DNA of 64,000 nucleotides, taken from Heteronotia binoei (Eukaryota). Under the pieces are notes generated by a model. The model was not told the origin of the DNA, made no database searches, and saw only the letters and a list, made by a program, of their open reading frames with translations. The DNA lies in assembly GCF_032191835.1 (NCBI RefSeq), contig NC_083243.1:178994001-179058000 (forward strand). Reading direction: 5' to 3'. Shown here in pieces: positions 11,148-24,469 of the stretch. How positions within the stretch are numbered: the first letter of the stretch is position 1; the number at the start of each line of letters is the position of its first letter. The position numbers were made by a program, and so were the translations under genes.

Positions 11148-12547
11148 TGTTAAGTGGCTTTATAATTATGGTAAACAAGCCAGAAAGGTCAGAGCAGGCT
11201 GGTAAATGCTTAGTTTAAGGTGAAACAATGTCTTTTCGTGAAGCTCCATTATTGCCATTGTGTATGGTTTTAAAGTGGGGACTGTAGCAGATGTGATGGA
11301 CTTAAAGCAGTCTATCTGGTTGAGTGGTGAAAAACTCACTCTGATTGGCTGAGCTGCTTCCATGGAAATGGATATATCTAGTAGAAGGAGGCTGGCAGAG
11401 GGGGGAAATCTCCTCAGGGTTTTGTTCAGCTCAGTTGAAGTTTCACTGAAGCTGAGAGGAAACGGAACTGAGACAGAATTGGATATTTATGGCTTCCGTC
11501 TGGAAGAGAGTTATTTGTGAGAAGGGGCAGACTCAAAGCTCTTTCTGAGGGAAAACTCTCAGAGTTGTGTCACAGTGTGTCACGAGGCAGAGGGAAACTT
11601 TAAGGCTCTGCTGAGGAGTTCTGTCAGTGCCAAAGAACAGACTCCTGGTTCTAACATAGAACACAAACACACTGGGAGAGGGACAAAAAGGTTCTTGTGG
11701 CTGTGTGGAGATCCCAGAAGTCAGACAGAAATCCTAGCTATGTGGGACTTAACACAATGGGATTGAGGTGCTGGTCTGAATAGCCCTCAAGGGTGTTGGT
11801 TCTTGGGTATAGCTCTACAGTCTGGAGTGTACCTGATTGCTAGAGGAAAGTGTCTGTGAGGGGATGTATCAGTCACAAGTTCAGTCACTCCTCTGAGTGA
11901 GTGAGAGAGTGTGTGGATTTATATATATAAAAAGCCTGAACATATTTTATAAATCTTTCTCTAACTAAGGGTGTTATCCAGAGTGAAGGAAACACTGGCT
12001 GTTTGTTTTTCTATTACAATGGGATTGAGGTGCTGCTGTGAATAGCTTTCAAGGGTGTTAGTTCCTGGGTGTAGCTCTACGGTCTTGAGTGTACCTGATT
12101 GCTAGAGGAAAGTGTCTGTGAGGGGACATTTCAGTCACAAGTTCAGTCACCCTTCTGAGTGAGAGAGTGTGTGGATTTATATATGTAAAAAGCCTGAACA
12201 TATTTATTAAATCTTTCTCTAAGAGTGTTATCCAGAGTGAAGGAAACACTGGCTGTTTGTTTTTCTGTTACAACTTCAGCCTGCCAAAATCGTTAGTGTT
12301 CTAAGATCATTTGTTACTTGAATTCCTGCTTGAGAACTGATTTTTATAAACATCCAGCACTTATTATTTCTCCCCTTCCTTGTCTTCTGTACTTAATAAA
12401 CATAATATTTGTTTTTTTTTCTTTGAAATGCTATCCGTGCTTCATTATTTTCTGACAAGTTTTAATTCTGGTTCCCTGAGGTGTGGGTAAAGGTGACAAA
12501 ATTCAGACTGGTCCCTTTTCACACACTGACCCTGACCGTCTCTCACA
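11148..12547 (+). mobile_element. Probable solo LTR with an internal ~260-bp tandem duplication
   Basis: TGTTAAG...TCTCACA ends, ATTGG and TATAT motifs near 11345-11378, AATAAA near 12395; direct repeats 11754-12015 and 12016-12273; no TSD found. Confidence 0.5.
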
Positions 12548-14991
12548 ACAGACAAACCCATGACCTTATGCCTTCCAAAATCTCTGCTCAGACATGTATC
12601 TGGCCTGTATTTGCTGACATACATTTTATGTGACACCAGAACCATTTTGTGGATCAGGTGGTGCCCAGAATGTGTGATTTTGGGGTGTATTCAAGATGAA
12701 AGGTGCTTGAAGTTACTCCTTCTAGGAGCCAAGTTCTTCTTTCAGTAGGAGGAGGGTCTGGGGCTAACAATTCCATCCCCAATGAAGGAGACATGACACA
12801 GTCATGCAACTTCATTCTACTATATGGCAAAAGATGGAGTCTCCAAAAACTGAGAGGAGAGGGGTATGTAGGAACACAGGTCCAAGGAAGGGGGAATAGC
12901 GAAGGGTCATCAACTAGAAAAAAATGCGTTAAGCCAATTAAAAATTTGGAGTGTGTCTGATTTTGGGGTATTCTTCTCCACAGACCCTGATAGAATTGGC
13001 AAGGGTTCCTATAACTAATAAAGTAATTCAATAACTTAACTGATTGTCTTAAAAGATAATAAAACACTCTAATCAAATGCTAAAGCAAACAAAGCAATGA
13101 ATCAACTTAAAATTCTAGGCTACCTGTAAAGCAAATACAGAAAGCAAAACATTGAGGGTAGTACAATATCGCACAGAGCAGAGAATGTGCAAGCACATGA
13201 TTGAGATTGGCTGGTTGATTGAGAGGGGGAAACCAATAAGGCATTGGTTAGGTGATACATGACTGGTTGGAGAAATAGAAGTAAAATACGATTTGTAGGG
13301 GGGGTAGGTTTGAGGGTTACCCCCCATGCATATTATGTGATCATAATACAGACAAACAATACAGAAATATTTTGAAGGCACTTCCTCACCGAGTCCAAAG
13401 TGATCTGTGGCGGTGGGAAATGGGTTGTGATTATGAAGTAGAGTTCATTGAAGTCCCCACATACCCAAGATGATAGTAAGGGCAGACAATTCAAGCATGG
13501 TAGGGGAGGTTGAAGGCTCTTGGCATTCAGAAGTTGAAACCCTTTTTAAATCCAAAGCTGGCAGGAACAGTAAACAATTTGTTGACTGCAAGCAATTTGT
13601 AATCAAAAGTGGTGTTTAGAGAATCTCAGAGAGTTAGGTGAAGCTGGTTGTGGAAGGCAGGTTGCAGCTGGCATGGGTTCACAGAGGTAGGGTGGTGATT
13701 TCATACTGGAAACCAAATGGGAAAAGGATGAGTGGCAGTGGTCACTCGCCCCAAAGATGGCATTTTGGGGTTTCTGATATGGCTTGTAAATCATTGTAAA
13801 TCCAAAACAGCACCTTAGAAGTCCTGGAAGGTAGGTTGCAGACTGACAGGAACCTCACTGAAACTGGGGCAAAGGCGTTAAACTGGGAAGTGACTTGAGA
13901 ATGGAGCAGGTAGAAAACAAAGGGTTGCTCCCAGGGAGAGGTGGCATCAGTAGGACCAGGTCTGCAGGCTGGCAATTGCAGGCTGAGTGCCGGCAGCTCA
14001 ACCAGGAACTTGGGAAAGCCAGTGGTGCATTTGCACAGCAGAAGGAGTCTCCAGAGACAAGCAGAAATAGCTGAGCTATCAATTTTGTCGCAGTGAACAG
14101 GGCGAAGTTCCAGGGCTGTAGAGGAAAAAAAATGCCAGCTCTATCTATAAGGTTGGGTCAGACCCCAAAATAAAAGTCAAATGATGAAACAGGGAAAACA
14201 AAAACAAAACTGGGAAGCAGCAGAGGTGAGCAGCCTAAACTGGCCCAGGCTGGCTGGACTTTGTCAGCTCCCTTGAAGCCTCCAGTTGGGAGTTCTGGCA
14301 TCTCACATGTTGCATCAAAGTGAATGAAAATAAAACCAGCATAAATCTGGAAAGAAATAATAATAATACACAAATCAAACAGAGGCTGCAGTCAGACTGG
14401 AAAGTTGATGCAGTTTGGGCACACCACTAATTTCCCTGTCACATTTTGTGATGGAGGGTTTCGATAAAATTTCCACCCTGATCCAGCCTCACTGCACACT
14501 TCTTCCATGGTTGCCCATTCAGAATAGTGCTGCGCATCAACCACAGATCACATGGTCTAGTCTTTTTTAAATATTTTTTTAAACATTTATTGGGTGCACA
14601 TGTGTGCCCTTGTGCATATACACTACCATTAAAAAAAAACAAACAGAATGGCAAAACTGGAATTAAAGGTTCACACTTCTGAACCAGTTTGAGCATGCAC
14701 TGGGGAAGTTGTCATCCAGAAATACGAGAAGAATGTGTGGACATTCATAAGCACCAGGCTTTCTCTGGTAGTTGTTTACTGTGCATCCAACTCATCATAT
14801 GACAGGGTGAATATGATTGGGGAACAAGCACCAGATGTGACTGTGTGAATGATTCAATTTAATCCATAAGAGAACTGCAGCCATATCAAGCCAAACTGTC
14901 CATCTGACCATAGCCAAATAATTCCTAAAACCTCTTATAGGATGCACCTTTTCTTTTCAGGCATAAGACTTGTACCAATAACAGTTCTCTT

Positions 14992-17626
14992 TTTTTTTTA
15001 GTTTTTAACTTTTTATTACATTTAACAACAACAATAACAATATATATATATACACAAAACATAAACTTAGGGATGTAGACAGCGGGATGCATTATATACT
15101 TATATCATTAGAATACAAATCCTTTGTTCTAACCTAAACCAAATCATACATACTACAGTTAACTCCTTTTTACACTATATTCTTATTATCTTTCCCCCAT
15201 AACCATTCATACAATAAGTTCCATTTCCCTTCTGTTTGTCTATTTGTTAATTTCTTCTCTTAATATCTCCATCAGAGTATCTACCTCAGCTCAGTCTAGA
15301 ACCAACCAAAAATACTTTCTTTCTTCTACACTGTGATCCAAAAGAACATTTGGCATTTCAAGTCATCTTACTTTATTTATAAATTACACAGTATCAATTT
15401 AATTCCCTGCAACAACAACAACAAAAAACCCCCAGCAAGTTTGGAATACACTTTAATACAATAAGTTCCATTTTCCTTCTATCTAATTGTTAATTTCTTC
15501 TCTTAGTATCTCCATCAGAGTATCTACCTCAGCTAAGTCTAGAACTAACGAAAAAGAAAACTTTCTTTCTTCTACACTGTGGTCCAAAAAAGAAGAAAAA
15601 AAAAACATTGGCATTTCAAATCATCTTACTTTGTTTGTGAATTGCATGGTATCAATTTGTTTCCCTGCAACAAAGCAACCAGCAATTTCGGAATACACTT
15701 CCTTCAGTTTTATTGGTGTAATATGCCAACAATATAACTTTAATGATTTGTCTCTCATCGTCTGGCAGACCAATTCCTTCATTTTCCTCCTAATACACCT
15801 TATATAAACCTCTCTCAGCAGGCGGTGTTCCTTGAAAAAAATAAGGCAAGCTCTATAGCCATTTTCTATATCTTTCTCCAATTCCTTTTTCTTCATACCA
15901 AGAACTGGTGTCAAGATCTCTACTATCACCTCCTTTATATGGTCATACCTATCCTCTGGAATATTCCGCATTCCTGAAATATGCTCTACCTGCACCGTTT
16001 CTATTCTCACTAATCTGTCCCCTTCGTATTTTTGAACTTTTTCAATCTCCTCAGACTTTTCATTCACTACTTCCAAATTTCCTTCCACATATTTTGCAGA
16101 TTGTGTCAAGCCATGAATCTCTTCCTTTACTTCTGTCAATTGCTTTTGCAGGCCATCTAATTTCTTATTTACTCCATCTAATTGTTCTGTCAGATTTGCC
16201 TGCACCTGACTCAATGCATTCATAAAATACAATTGCATAGAATTCTGCACTTCCTCTATAACTTCCTGTGAGGACATTATCTCCATCAGTTTTAAAGTTG
16301 CCAATAGTGGGACTAACCTATTTATTTTGTCTTACTTGTATGTCATACTCATTTTTCTATTATCCAAGGTCTTACTGACACCCCAATTCCAATTCATATA
16401 CTACTACTTCGCCTTACTTCACTCAAAATTCATACATCACCTTCCTTTAACACTCTCACATACCAGTTGGTTTTTATATCCTTAAATTACTATTCTTTAC
16501 CACCAAACACCCTTCACCTGAACATTCACATTAACTCATTACATATAGAAAATCATACAGAAAATCAGCAGTAATCAAATTAACAATAGTTAATTATTGA
16601 ATCCATTAATTATTTGTTAACTGTCTCTTTTGAATCCTTAATGTTTCCCAACCGCTTATCCTTCTGTCTTCCTCTTCTTCTTCTCCTTTTTCTTCCTCTT
16701 CCTCTTCTTAATCTCAATCTCTGCTCCTCTCTTCTGCTACCAGTTCAAAAAGCCAGTTCAGTAAATCCATTCCTGTTCTTCCACATCTCTGCCAACGGAA
16801 TTCCAGCCTCTCCACCTCACCTCCGCCCTTGCGTTCCTGGAAACTCTATACTAACATCAAAAGTCTCCCATCTTCAGATTCAACTCATTTCAAAGGTCCA
16901 GTGACTTTATTTCCACCCTGTATATTATAACCACTGTTGAGCCTTTATTTAGCTCCCTGTCTCTTTAAGAAAATCACCATGCACAAGCATATGGGAAAAG
17001 GGAGAGGAAAAGAGGTTCGTGAAGGCTCCCTTTAAATCGTCAGAAATCTCCTGCTTCTTTCCTCTTTTCCCTCCTTCTTCACCTCCTCTGTCTCAGTGCT
17101 CTTCACAAACTTTTACAATCATAGCCAGTCTACGACTCCCAACCTCTGCAGTTGCTGCCAAGGTAGTCCTCCACCACTCCTCCGCTTTCTCAGGTCTCTT
17201 TCCCCCCAGCTTCGGATTCCACTCGAAAGTAGGGGCAAAACAACGCACTTAGTAAGTTCTTTCCTTCGTTTATATCTCCAGTTTAGGGTCAGATATACTT
17301 TTTTCCCCCTTCTTCACCATTTATTCTGTCCTCCAAATGCCGCTTCGCCTACTCCCCTTCTCCGGTGGTCACAGCTAATTCACCATTAAGGCGTCTGGTC
17401 TATCCGGGCTTGAAGTAATATGTTGAACGGGCTTTATGCTCAGAAAAACCGGCACAGAGCACCCAGCACTCCTACGCACGAGTGCCCCTCCAACAGAGGC
17501 ACCACCGAGTTCTTACCAACTGAAGAACCCCCCCCCCCCCCAAAAAAAAAAAGACCAGCACAGATGCTGCAGAGCCGGAGCTCCTACAAACATGTCTGTT
17601 AGCACCGTGCCGTTACCGGAAACTCC
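14992..17626 (-). mobile_element. Full-length ORF1-only L1-family element (HAL1-like)
   Basis: 17-bp TSD CCAATAACAGTTCTCTT (14975-14991, 17627-17643); poly(A) tail (T-run on plus); GC-rich 5' end; L1 ORF1 homology; no room for ORF2. Confidence 0.85.
15460..16352 (-). pseudogene. L1 ORF1p (coiled coil plus RRM-like region), disrupted
   Basis: ORF 15621-16304: heptad-rich LTEQLDGVNKKLDGLQKQLTEVKEEI, then MRNIPED..IKEVIVEIL..DIENGYR..HRLLREVYIR, typical of vertebrate L1 ORF1. Confidence 0.8.
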
Positions 17627-17874
17627 CCAATAACAGTTCTCTTGTGCATGCACAAAGTGTAATGAATGTGCTGCCAAAATTAAATTCTTTCACTTTCAAA
17701 TGTTGTTGAAGAGTGGCACAGGCAGAAGTTTGGAATATTACAAGATGAGAAAAAAAGAGGAGGATTAAAATCATATTACCATGTAGGATAGCAAAATTAG
17801 GAACACCTCAATTGTATGGAGGCTGACATAATTATTTATGGATTAAGAAGTTAAGAACATAAGAGAAGCCATGT

Positions 17875-18935
17875 TGGACTTCTGGGTTTTGGCATCTCAA
17901 GATCGGTGGGGGTCACGGAGCTCGATCTTGTCGGCCCCCCAGAATTGGGCTGTTGGAGGGATGCCACGGCTGTGATGTCCCCAGGAGGACTCCAGGAGGA
18001 GTCTTCTGACAGCAAAGGGCTCGACAGAAGGCAGGGAAACAGCGGTGGCTGATCTCTGTTCCTTCTGTTTGCCCTGAAGCTCTACCGTTGAGCAGCCATG
18101 ATGGCAGAAAGAGATGAATACCCAACTGCTTTTTCTTTTCTAACAAGCTTTTACTACAGCATACTTCTACCTTAAACATTGAAATGTTATCCTGCAAGTA
18201 AATCTTTCTCTTTACTATGACCAACTAATGGGTCTTTTGTTATAACACCAACTGGGACAGTTCAAAAGGAAAAGGGGAAAGGGAGGAGATCCCCCCTCCC
18301 TTCCCCCCCCCTGAAGGCGGCTTCCAAAAGACAATGAACAAATCCTGCAACCATTAAGAATGCAAATTGGACTAAGACATTCAAACAGATTCGGCTTACA
18401 ATTAAATAAGCTACAATGAGAACATTATTTTACCTTAATACGGTTTGAATAAAAGTCTGATATATTTTCAAGAGGAATACTTTTGATATCTGATTTGTAT
18501 TGAATTGATTACAACTGGACTGTAAGAGAAAAGCATAGAGCTGGAGGCTAATTAGCAAAGTAGATTACTTGGGATTTGGGACTGGTTTTTAACTTTGTTT
18601 TTTGGTCTGAGCTAAACTGCAGAGAAGATGGAGTCTAAATCTGAAACATGTGATAAAAAAAGACATTATGGTTGATATATCTTCCTTAAAGCAGGAAATC
18701 AGATGATTGGCAGAGTTAATACAGGATAAAGTGGAAAGTTTTATTTTAAAACACAGCAAAAATAGAAAATATATATGAGCGGAGCAATGACAGGATTCCA
18801 GTGTTGTCTACGAAGATGGGAGAAGTTGGAAATGACCCAGAGGGAAAGAAGCTGAAAGAAACCAAAATGGAGACATCATGCGTAGCTACAAAAAAAGGAC
18901 GGAAATTGTTGAATTGCATTTTATTCAAACGGCAC
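17875..18935 (+). mobile_element. 5' portion of a second L1-like element (UTR plus degraded ORF1 start)
   Basis: Starts GACTTCTGGGTTTTGGCATCTCAAGATCGG (L1-like 5' end); degraded coiled-coil-like frame MESKSETC..DISSLKQEIR; cut off by a CR1. Confidence 0.45.
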
Positions 18936-18949
18936 ACTTTTCCAGTTTG

Positions 18950-19800
18950 TTCAGATCTTTTTTTTTTTTTTTTTTGTATCTTCCAGTCGGTTCACTACTC
19001 TTCCCAATTTGGCGTCATCTGCAAATTTAACGAGTAATCCCTTCACCTCCTCGTCCATATCATTTATAAAAATACTGAAAAGTAGCAGGCCCAAAACTGA
19101 GCCCTGTGGCACCCCACTGGATACCTCCCTCCAATCCGCTGAAAGGCCATTGACAACTACACTTTGGGTGTGGTTCTCCAACCAGTTCCTTATCCACCTA
19201 ACTATCTTCGAGTCCAGTCCGGAGTCCCCCAGTTTACCCAACAGAACATCATGGGGAACCATGCTGAAAGCTTTCCTGAAATCCGGATAAACAGTCTTAA
19301 TGGCATTTCCCCCAATCCAATAAGATTGCCACTTGATCAAAGAAGGAAATGAGGTTGGTTTTGCAGGACCCATTGGAGACAAAATCTGTGCCCTGTGGCA
19401 CCCCACTGGATACCTCCCTCCAATCCGCTGAAAGGCCATTGACAACTACACTTTGGGTGTGGTTCTCCAACCAGTTCCTTATCCACCTAACTATCTTCAA
19501 GTCCAGTCCGGAGTCGCCCAGTTTACCCAACAGAACATCATGGGGAACCGTGCTGAAAGCTTTCCTGAAATCCGGATAAACAGCCTTAATGGCATTTCCC
19601 CCAATCCAATAAGATTGTCACTTGATCAAAGAAGGAAATGAGGTTGGTTTTGCAGGACCCATTGGAGACAAAATCTGTGCTGACTTCCCCGGATCACCTA
19701 ATTGTCCTTCAGATACTCACAGATTGATCCCTTTAAAATCTGCTCCAGTATCGTCTCTGGGACAGAAGTCAGATTGACTGGCCTGTAGTTTCCTGGGCAC
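18950..19800 (-). mobile_element. CR1 LINE RT fragment with a 289-bp tandem duplication
   Basis: ORFs 18951-19445 and 19297-19530 contain PDFRKAF, SGVPQGSVLG and KFADD motifs; repeat units 19101-19389 and 19390-19680. Confidence 0.9.
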
Positions 19801-20186
19801 ATACATATATATTATGGGCTTGAACTTGAGCAACCATGATTTTAATCACTGTTGTTCATCATGATTCCAAAATCCAATAACAAAGCATGCCATATAAAAA
19901 TATATATATATATTAGAAACTGAATCAGAGCAATCATGTCTTGACATTGACTTTGACTTTCTAAAACCCAGTTCTGATGTTACATCCGGGGATACAAGAG
20001 TCTGGCAGCTGTGTATCAGGAGTGCACAGGACTCATGCTCCTTCCAGTACAGGTGGTCACCAAGTTGCCTGAACCAGGGCAATGGGTGCATTTTGCATAC
20101 GTTTACAGGTTGTGAACGTGCAGACCAGAACCTTAGAAAATTCAGCGGTCACTTCTTGTACCAAAGCTGTAGGCATATGTACACAG

Positions 20187-20867
20187 ACCTCGAGGTTGGA
20201 CTACTGTAATGCCCTCTACGTGGGGCTGCCCCTGTGCCGAACCCGGAAGTTGCAGCTAGTGCAGAATGCTGCTGCCTGGCTGCTATTAGGGCTTCCTAGA
20301 TGGGAGCACATCCAGCCGGGGCTCTGGGGACTGCACTGGCTGCCAATAATATACCGAGTTTGGTACAAGGTGCTGGTTATTACCTTTAAAGCCCTATATG
20401 GCCTAGGACCTGCCTACCTTAGGGACCGTCTCTCCCCACATGTTCCCCAGAGAGTGCTGAGATCGAGTTCTCAAAACCTGCTTGCAATCCCTGGGCCAAA
20501 GGAGGCCCTACTTAAGTCGACCAGAGACAGGGCCTTTTCAATCACAGCCCCTTGCTGGTGGAACCAGCTACCGGAAGAGGTGAGGGCCCTGCGGGACCTT
20601 GGGCAGTTCCACAGGGCCTGTAAGACAGTCCTCTTCCGGTTGGCATACAACTGATCGGTACTTGAAAATTTCGAATAGAAGGCTGTAGTATGGTACTTTG
20701 GTAAATGGCTTTGTTTTACTGTTTTTACTGGTTTATTGTTTAAATGTTGTAAATTGTTGTATTTTAAAACTTAATCCTATGTTAGAACTTTTGTGTTGTG
20801 AGCCGCCCTGAGCCGCTTTGGTGGGAAGGGCGGGATATAAACTAAATAAAATGAAATGAAATGAAAT
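20187..20867 (+). mobile_element. L2-clade LINE 3' fragment
   Basis: RLDYCNALYVGLP..LQLVQNAAA..LHWLP..YKVLVITFKAL..RAFSITAP.WWNQLPEEVR; 3' UTR GTGAGCCGCCCTGAG and (TGAAA)n tail. Confidence 0.9.
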
Positions 20868-22169
20868 ATATGCTGGGAGGAGTATGCACAGCTGTCAGGT
20901 TCCCTGTATGTGTGAACATATAATCTGCAAAGGGATACTGTGTTTGTGATGTTCTTCTCAGCCCTGTTTGGAAGTTCATTGTACTCTGGTCTTTCTAAAT
21001 GCATTGTCATGGAAATTAACAAAGGCATTACGGAGTTAGATCAAGGTGCTGGATTGAATGAGGTGTCTTTCATCCTTTGCATCTAGAGGTAGACGCAGAT
21101 CCACCTTCTAATCCTCCACCTTCTAAGAGTTGCTATCGTTGTTGAAACTATTTGCTTCCCTCAAACATTTATTGGGTGTTTCACCAATAATGGAGGATCT
21201 ACCCACATACTTTTGCAGAGAAATTCTGTGGCAGCTCTCTGTATATAATTCTGTTGCTGCTGTAATGATTTTTACTCTCAAATATAGTGGAGGCAAAGTA
21301 AAGTGTAAAAGTGCCTTCTTGCACAGCCGATGGGAAGGTGGGAGGCTGGGGAAGGGGGGAGGGGAAAGCTCATAAGAAATGTGTGGAGATATATTAGCCC
21401 CTAGTTCCTCAGCTATTTGCTTCCTTACAAGAGCACCAACTATCATCAATGATTAACTTGCCAGAATACTTTTCAGCCTAGTCTGTTTCACAACAGTGTT
21501 TCCTTAAGACCCCGGTGATGAATAGTTTTCATTGTGGAGAGCTGCTTCCTAGCATGGCAGCTCCGTCCCTAGTTTCAGCGTTCCCATCTGGATATAAATC
21601 TTTTCACTCTCTCATTCCCTTACCAGGCCAACTGCCCCATCCCCCAAAACACACACAGAGGCATGCACATCTGCTCTATGCAGAGAGCCGCAAAGCTGAT
21701 CAATAAATCAGGCATGCCCTGCTAATCTCTGCGATAGTCACCCAATCCATCTCTGTGATAGTCACCCAATCCACTACACATTTTTCCTATGCCGAGTGCA
21801 GGTAAATGAAAACCATAGTGTCCCTTTGAAGCAGAGCAGTGAGGGTGCTCATATAGAAGTCTGGTTGTTGGCCAGATTGCCCATCTGTCTCACCCCCTAT
21901 CTTTTTCCCCTTTCCTGACTGAGCCATTCAGAAGCCACCACTAAGTCTTACAATGTACTTATACGGAGATGGACAAGCCCAGGACAATAATGGGGCAGGT
22001 TGGGGTGTTATGCATATCCTGTGTATCTGGGGCTCCTTCCCCCCCACCCCCGTCACTAAAACAATAAATCAACAAATAATAGTGTTTTGACATAAAGGGG
22101 GGGGAATGGCGTTCTGTTGAGCCCTGCGTTTAGAGACCGTTCTCCACATTCATTTTGGGAGAGGCAGAA

Positions 22170-22545
22170 AGCTGACGGAAAGCAAGCTGATTCATTCGAA
22201 ACGCGGTGTTGCAGGAGAGTTTTACAGATGCCACGAACCGCCAAAAAGAGACAAATCGACGGGTTCTAGATCAAATGAAGCCTGAGCTCCCCCTAGAAGC
22301 TAAAATGGCCAAACTGAGGCTATGGTGCATTGGTTATATAATGAGGAAACAGGACTCCGCTAGGAAAAACGGAAGGCAGCAGGGAAAGAGGAAGACGCGA
22401 CATGAAATGAGTTGACTCAATCACAGCCCTCCGTTTGCAAGACCTGAGAAGGGCTGTTAGTAATAGAGCATTTTGGAAGTCATTAATTCTCAGGGTTGCC
22501 ATGAGTCAGAGGCAACTTGACAGCATTTAAGACGCACACACACAG
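22170..22545 (+). mobile_element. BovB/RTE LINE 3' fragment, degraded
   Basis: TNRRVLDQMKPELPLEAKMAKLRL..GYIMRKQDS matches the BovB RT C-terminus; tail GGGTTGCCATGAGTCAGAGGCAACTTGAC. Confidence 0.8.
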
Positions 22546-22735
22546 CAGCAATATCTTGGTGAAAGAACTGTGTGAATTCCTAGGCAGCCAGTGGGCTATG
22601 CTGTTACCAGGGGCGGCCTGATAACAAATGAAGCCTGAGCTCTCCCTAGAAGCTAAAGTGATCTAGGGCATGGCGCTGTAGGCAAAGCCCCACTCCACCA
22701 CCCTCCTCCACGGTGCCCACCCCGCCACCTGCATC

Positions 22736-23266
22736 TAGGGTTGCCAAGTCCAATTTAAGAAATATCTGGGGACTTTGGGGGTGGAGCCAGGAGACTTCGG
22801 GGGTGGAGCCAGGAGACTTTGGGGGGTGGAGCCAAGATCAAGGCTGTGACAAGCATAATTGAACTCCAAAGGGAGTTCTGGCCCTCACATTGAAAGGGAC
22901 GGCACACCTTTTCAATGCCTTCCTTCCATAGGAAATAATGAAGGATAGGGGCACCTTCTTTTGGGGCTCATAGAATTAGACCCCTTGGTCCAATCATTTT
23001 GAAACTTGGGGGATATTTTGGGGAGAGGCACTAGATGCTGTACTGAAAATTTGGTGTCTCTACCTCAAAAAACAGCCCCCCAGAGCCCCAGATACCCGTG
23101 GATCAATTCTCCATGATTTTCTATGGGAATAAATCTCCATAGGGAATAACGGAGTTCCCAGCAGACATTTCCCTCCCCTCCCCCTGCTTTCTGACAACTC
23201 TGAAGTGGGGGGAGGGCCTCCAAATCGAGGCATCCCCTGCCCCCCACCTGGGGATTGGCAACTCTA
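22736..23266. mobile_element. hAT MITE, TAGGGTTGCC family, nested in an older hAT-like element (~22667-23690)
   Basis: TAGGGTTGCCAA / TTGGCAACTCTA termini; perfect 8-bp TSD CCTGCATC. Confidence 0.9.
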
Positions 23267-24273
23267 CCTGCATCCTACCCCCTCGCAGGCAAAGTCAGAG
23301 GAGGGCAGCTGGCTGGTGCATGGCCTCTGCAGCACCAGCCAACTGGCGTCACTCTGCCTCCCTGCCAGAAGTTCTGAAAGGGAGGTGGAGCAATGCTGCC
23401 CAGCACATGGCCTCTCTGCGGCACTCAGAGCACTGCAGAGGGTGTGTGCTGGCTGGGTGCCCTCCCTGCCCTCCTCCAGCTTGGCTCACAGCCTGCGGGG
23501 GGAGGGAAGGTGAGGGCAGCGGTGTGGGCACTGTGGAGGGGGATGGTGGCCGGTGCTGGGGGCATTTGCCTATGGTGCAGGGCTGGGAGGGGGGAGGGCC
23601 CAATTTGGCGCCCCCATGGCCTGGTGCCTTAGGCGAATGCCTAATTTGTCTACTGGTAGGGCCACTACTGGCTGTCATAGCTGATAGTCTTCACAGGGAA
23701 ATCTGCAGTTTCTGTTCCATGGACTGTTTCTCTAGAGCTAAGATTTCAATCGAAGGAGCAGGGGATCTTTCTGGGGATTCAGTACACCAAAAGGTCACTG
23801 CACCCAAAAGGTTCAGTGCCCAAAAGGTCACTGAAGTGAGAAGTCACTTTCTGCTTGAGAAGTCTCTTCTAGGAATGGGCACGCGCCAGAAAAATGTAGC
23901 TTGTGATGGTTCATGGTGGGCCCAGTTCATGAACCATTATGAACTTTTAGGTGCCAAACTGGTTCCATTTGTGATGTGGCTGAATGCTCTCTGGCATGCT
24001 AGAGACACCAAATTTGCATGGGATCTCCAACTGTCTCTCCTCTACCTGCAAGTTTGTTGAGGATTGTATTTATGGGGTCCATGTTACAGCCCCCAAAGAA
24101 GATGCCTCCGGGAAAGTGCTTTCTGGGGAAGTGGCAGGCACATGTTCAGGAGCATCAGAAGTGCAAGCTAGAGTCATGAAAGTGACAGGTGACCTCCCCC
24201 TGATGCTCCTCTACATGCCCTCCATGTTATGTGCAGATTGGACTTAGGGGGTCCAAGGAAGATGCCCCTAGGC

Positions 24274-24430
24274 AGGCCTCGGATTCAGCAAGAGCTCACA
24301 AGAGCAAAGCTCCTGAACCTTTCTGAGGGTTCCCCCTCCTCATCCCCACCTTGTCCATTGAGTAGTAGGTGCAGCTGCAGAACAGTCCCTGGATGAGCTC
24401 CACCACCTGTTTTTCTACAAACCGACCCCT
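24274..24430. mobile_element. hAT-like MITE, paralog of 1386-1543
   Basis: CTCGGATTCAGCA..GAGCTCCACCACC..TTTTTCTACAAA.CGACCCCTG shared with 1386-1543. Confidence 0.65.
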
Positions 24431-24469
24431 GCCCCTAGGAAAGTGCTTTCGGGGAAAATGTCAAATGCA

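Noticed and set aside
22624-22660. Short second copy of BovB sequence from 22272-22306
   Set aside because: Too short to distinguish a local duplication from an independent tiny fragment.
23320-24060. 246-aa ORF
   Set aside because: Crosses a GC-rich hAT-like element and unrelated flank; no recognisable domain.
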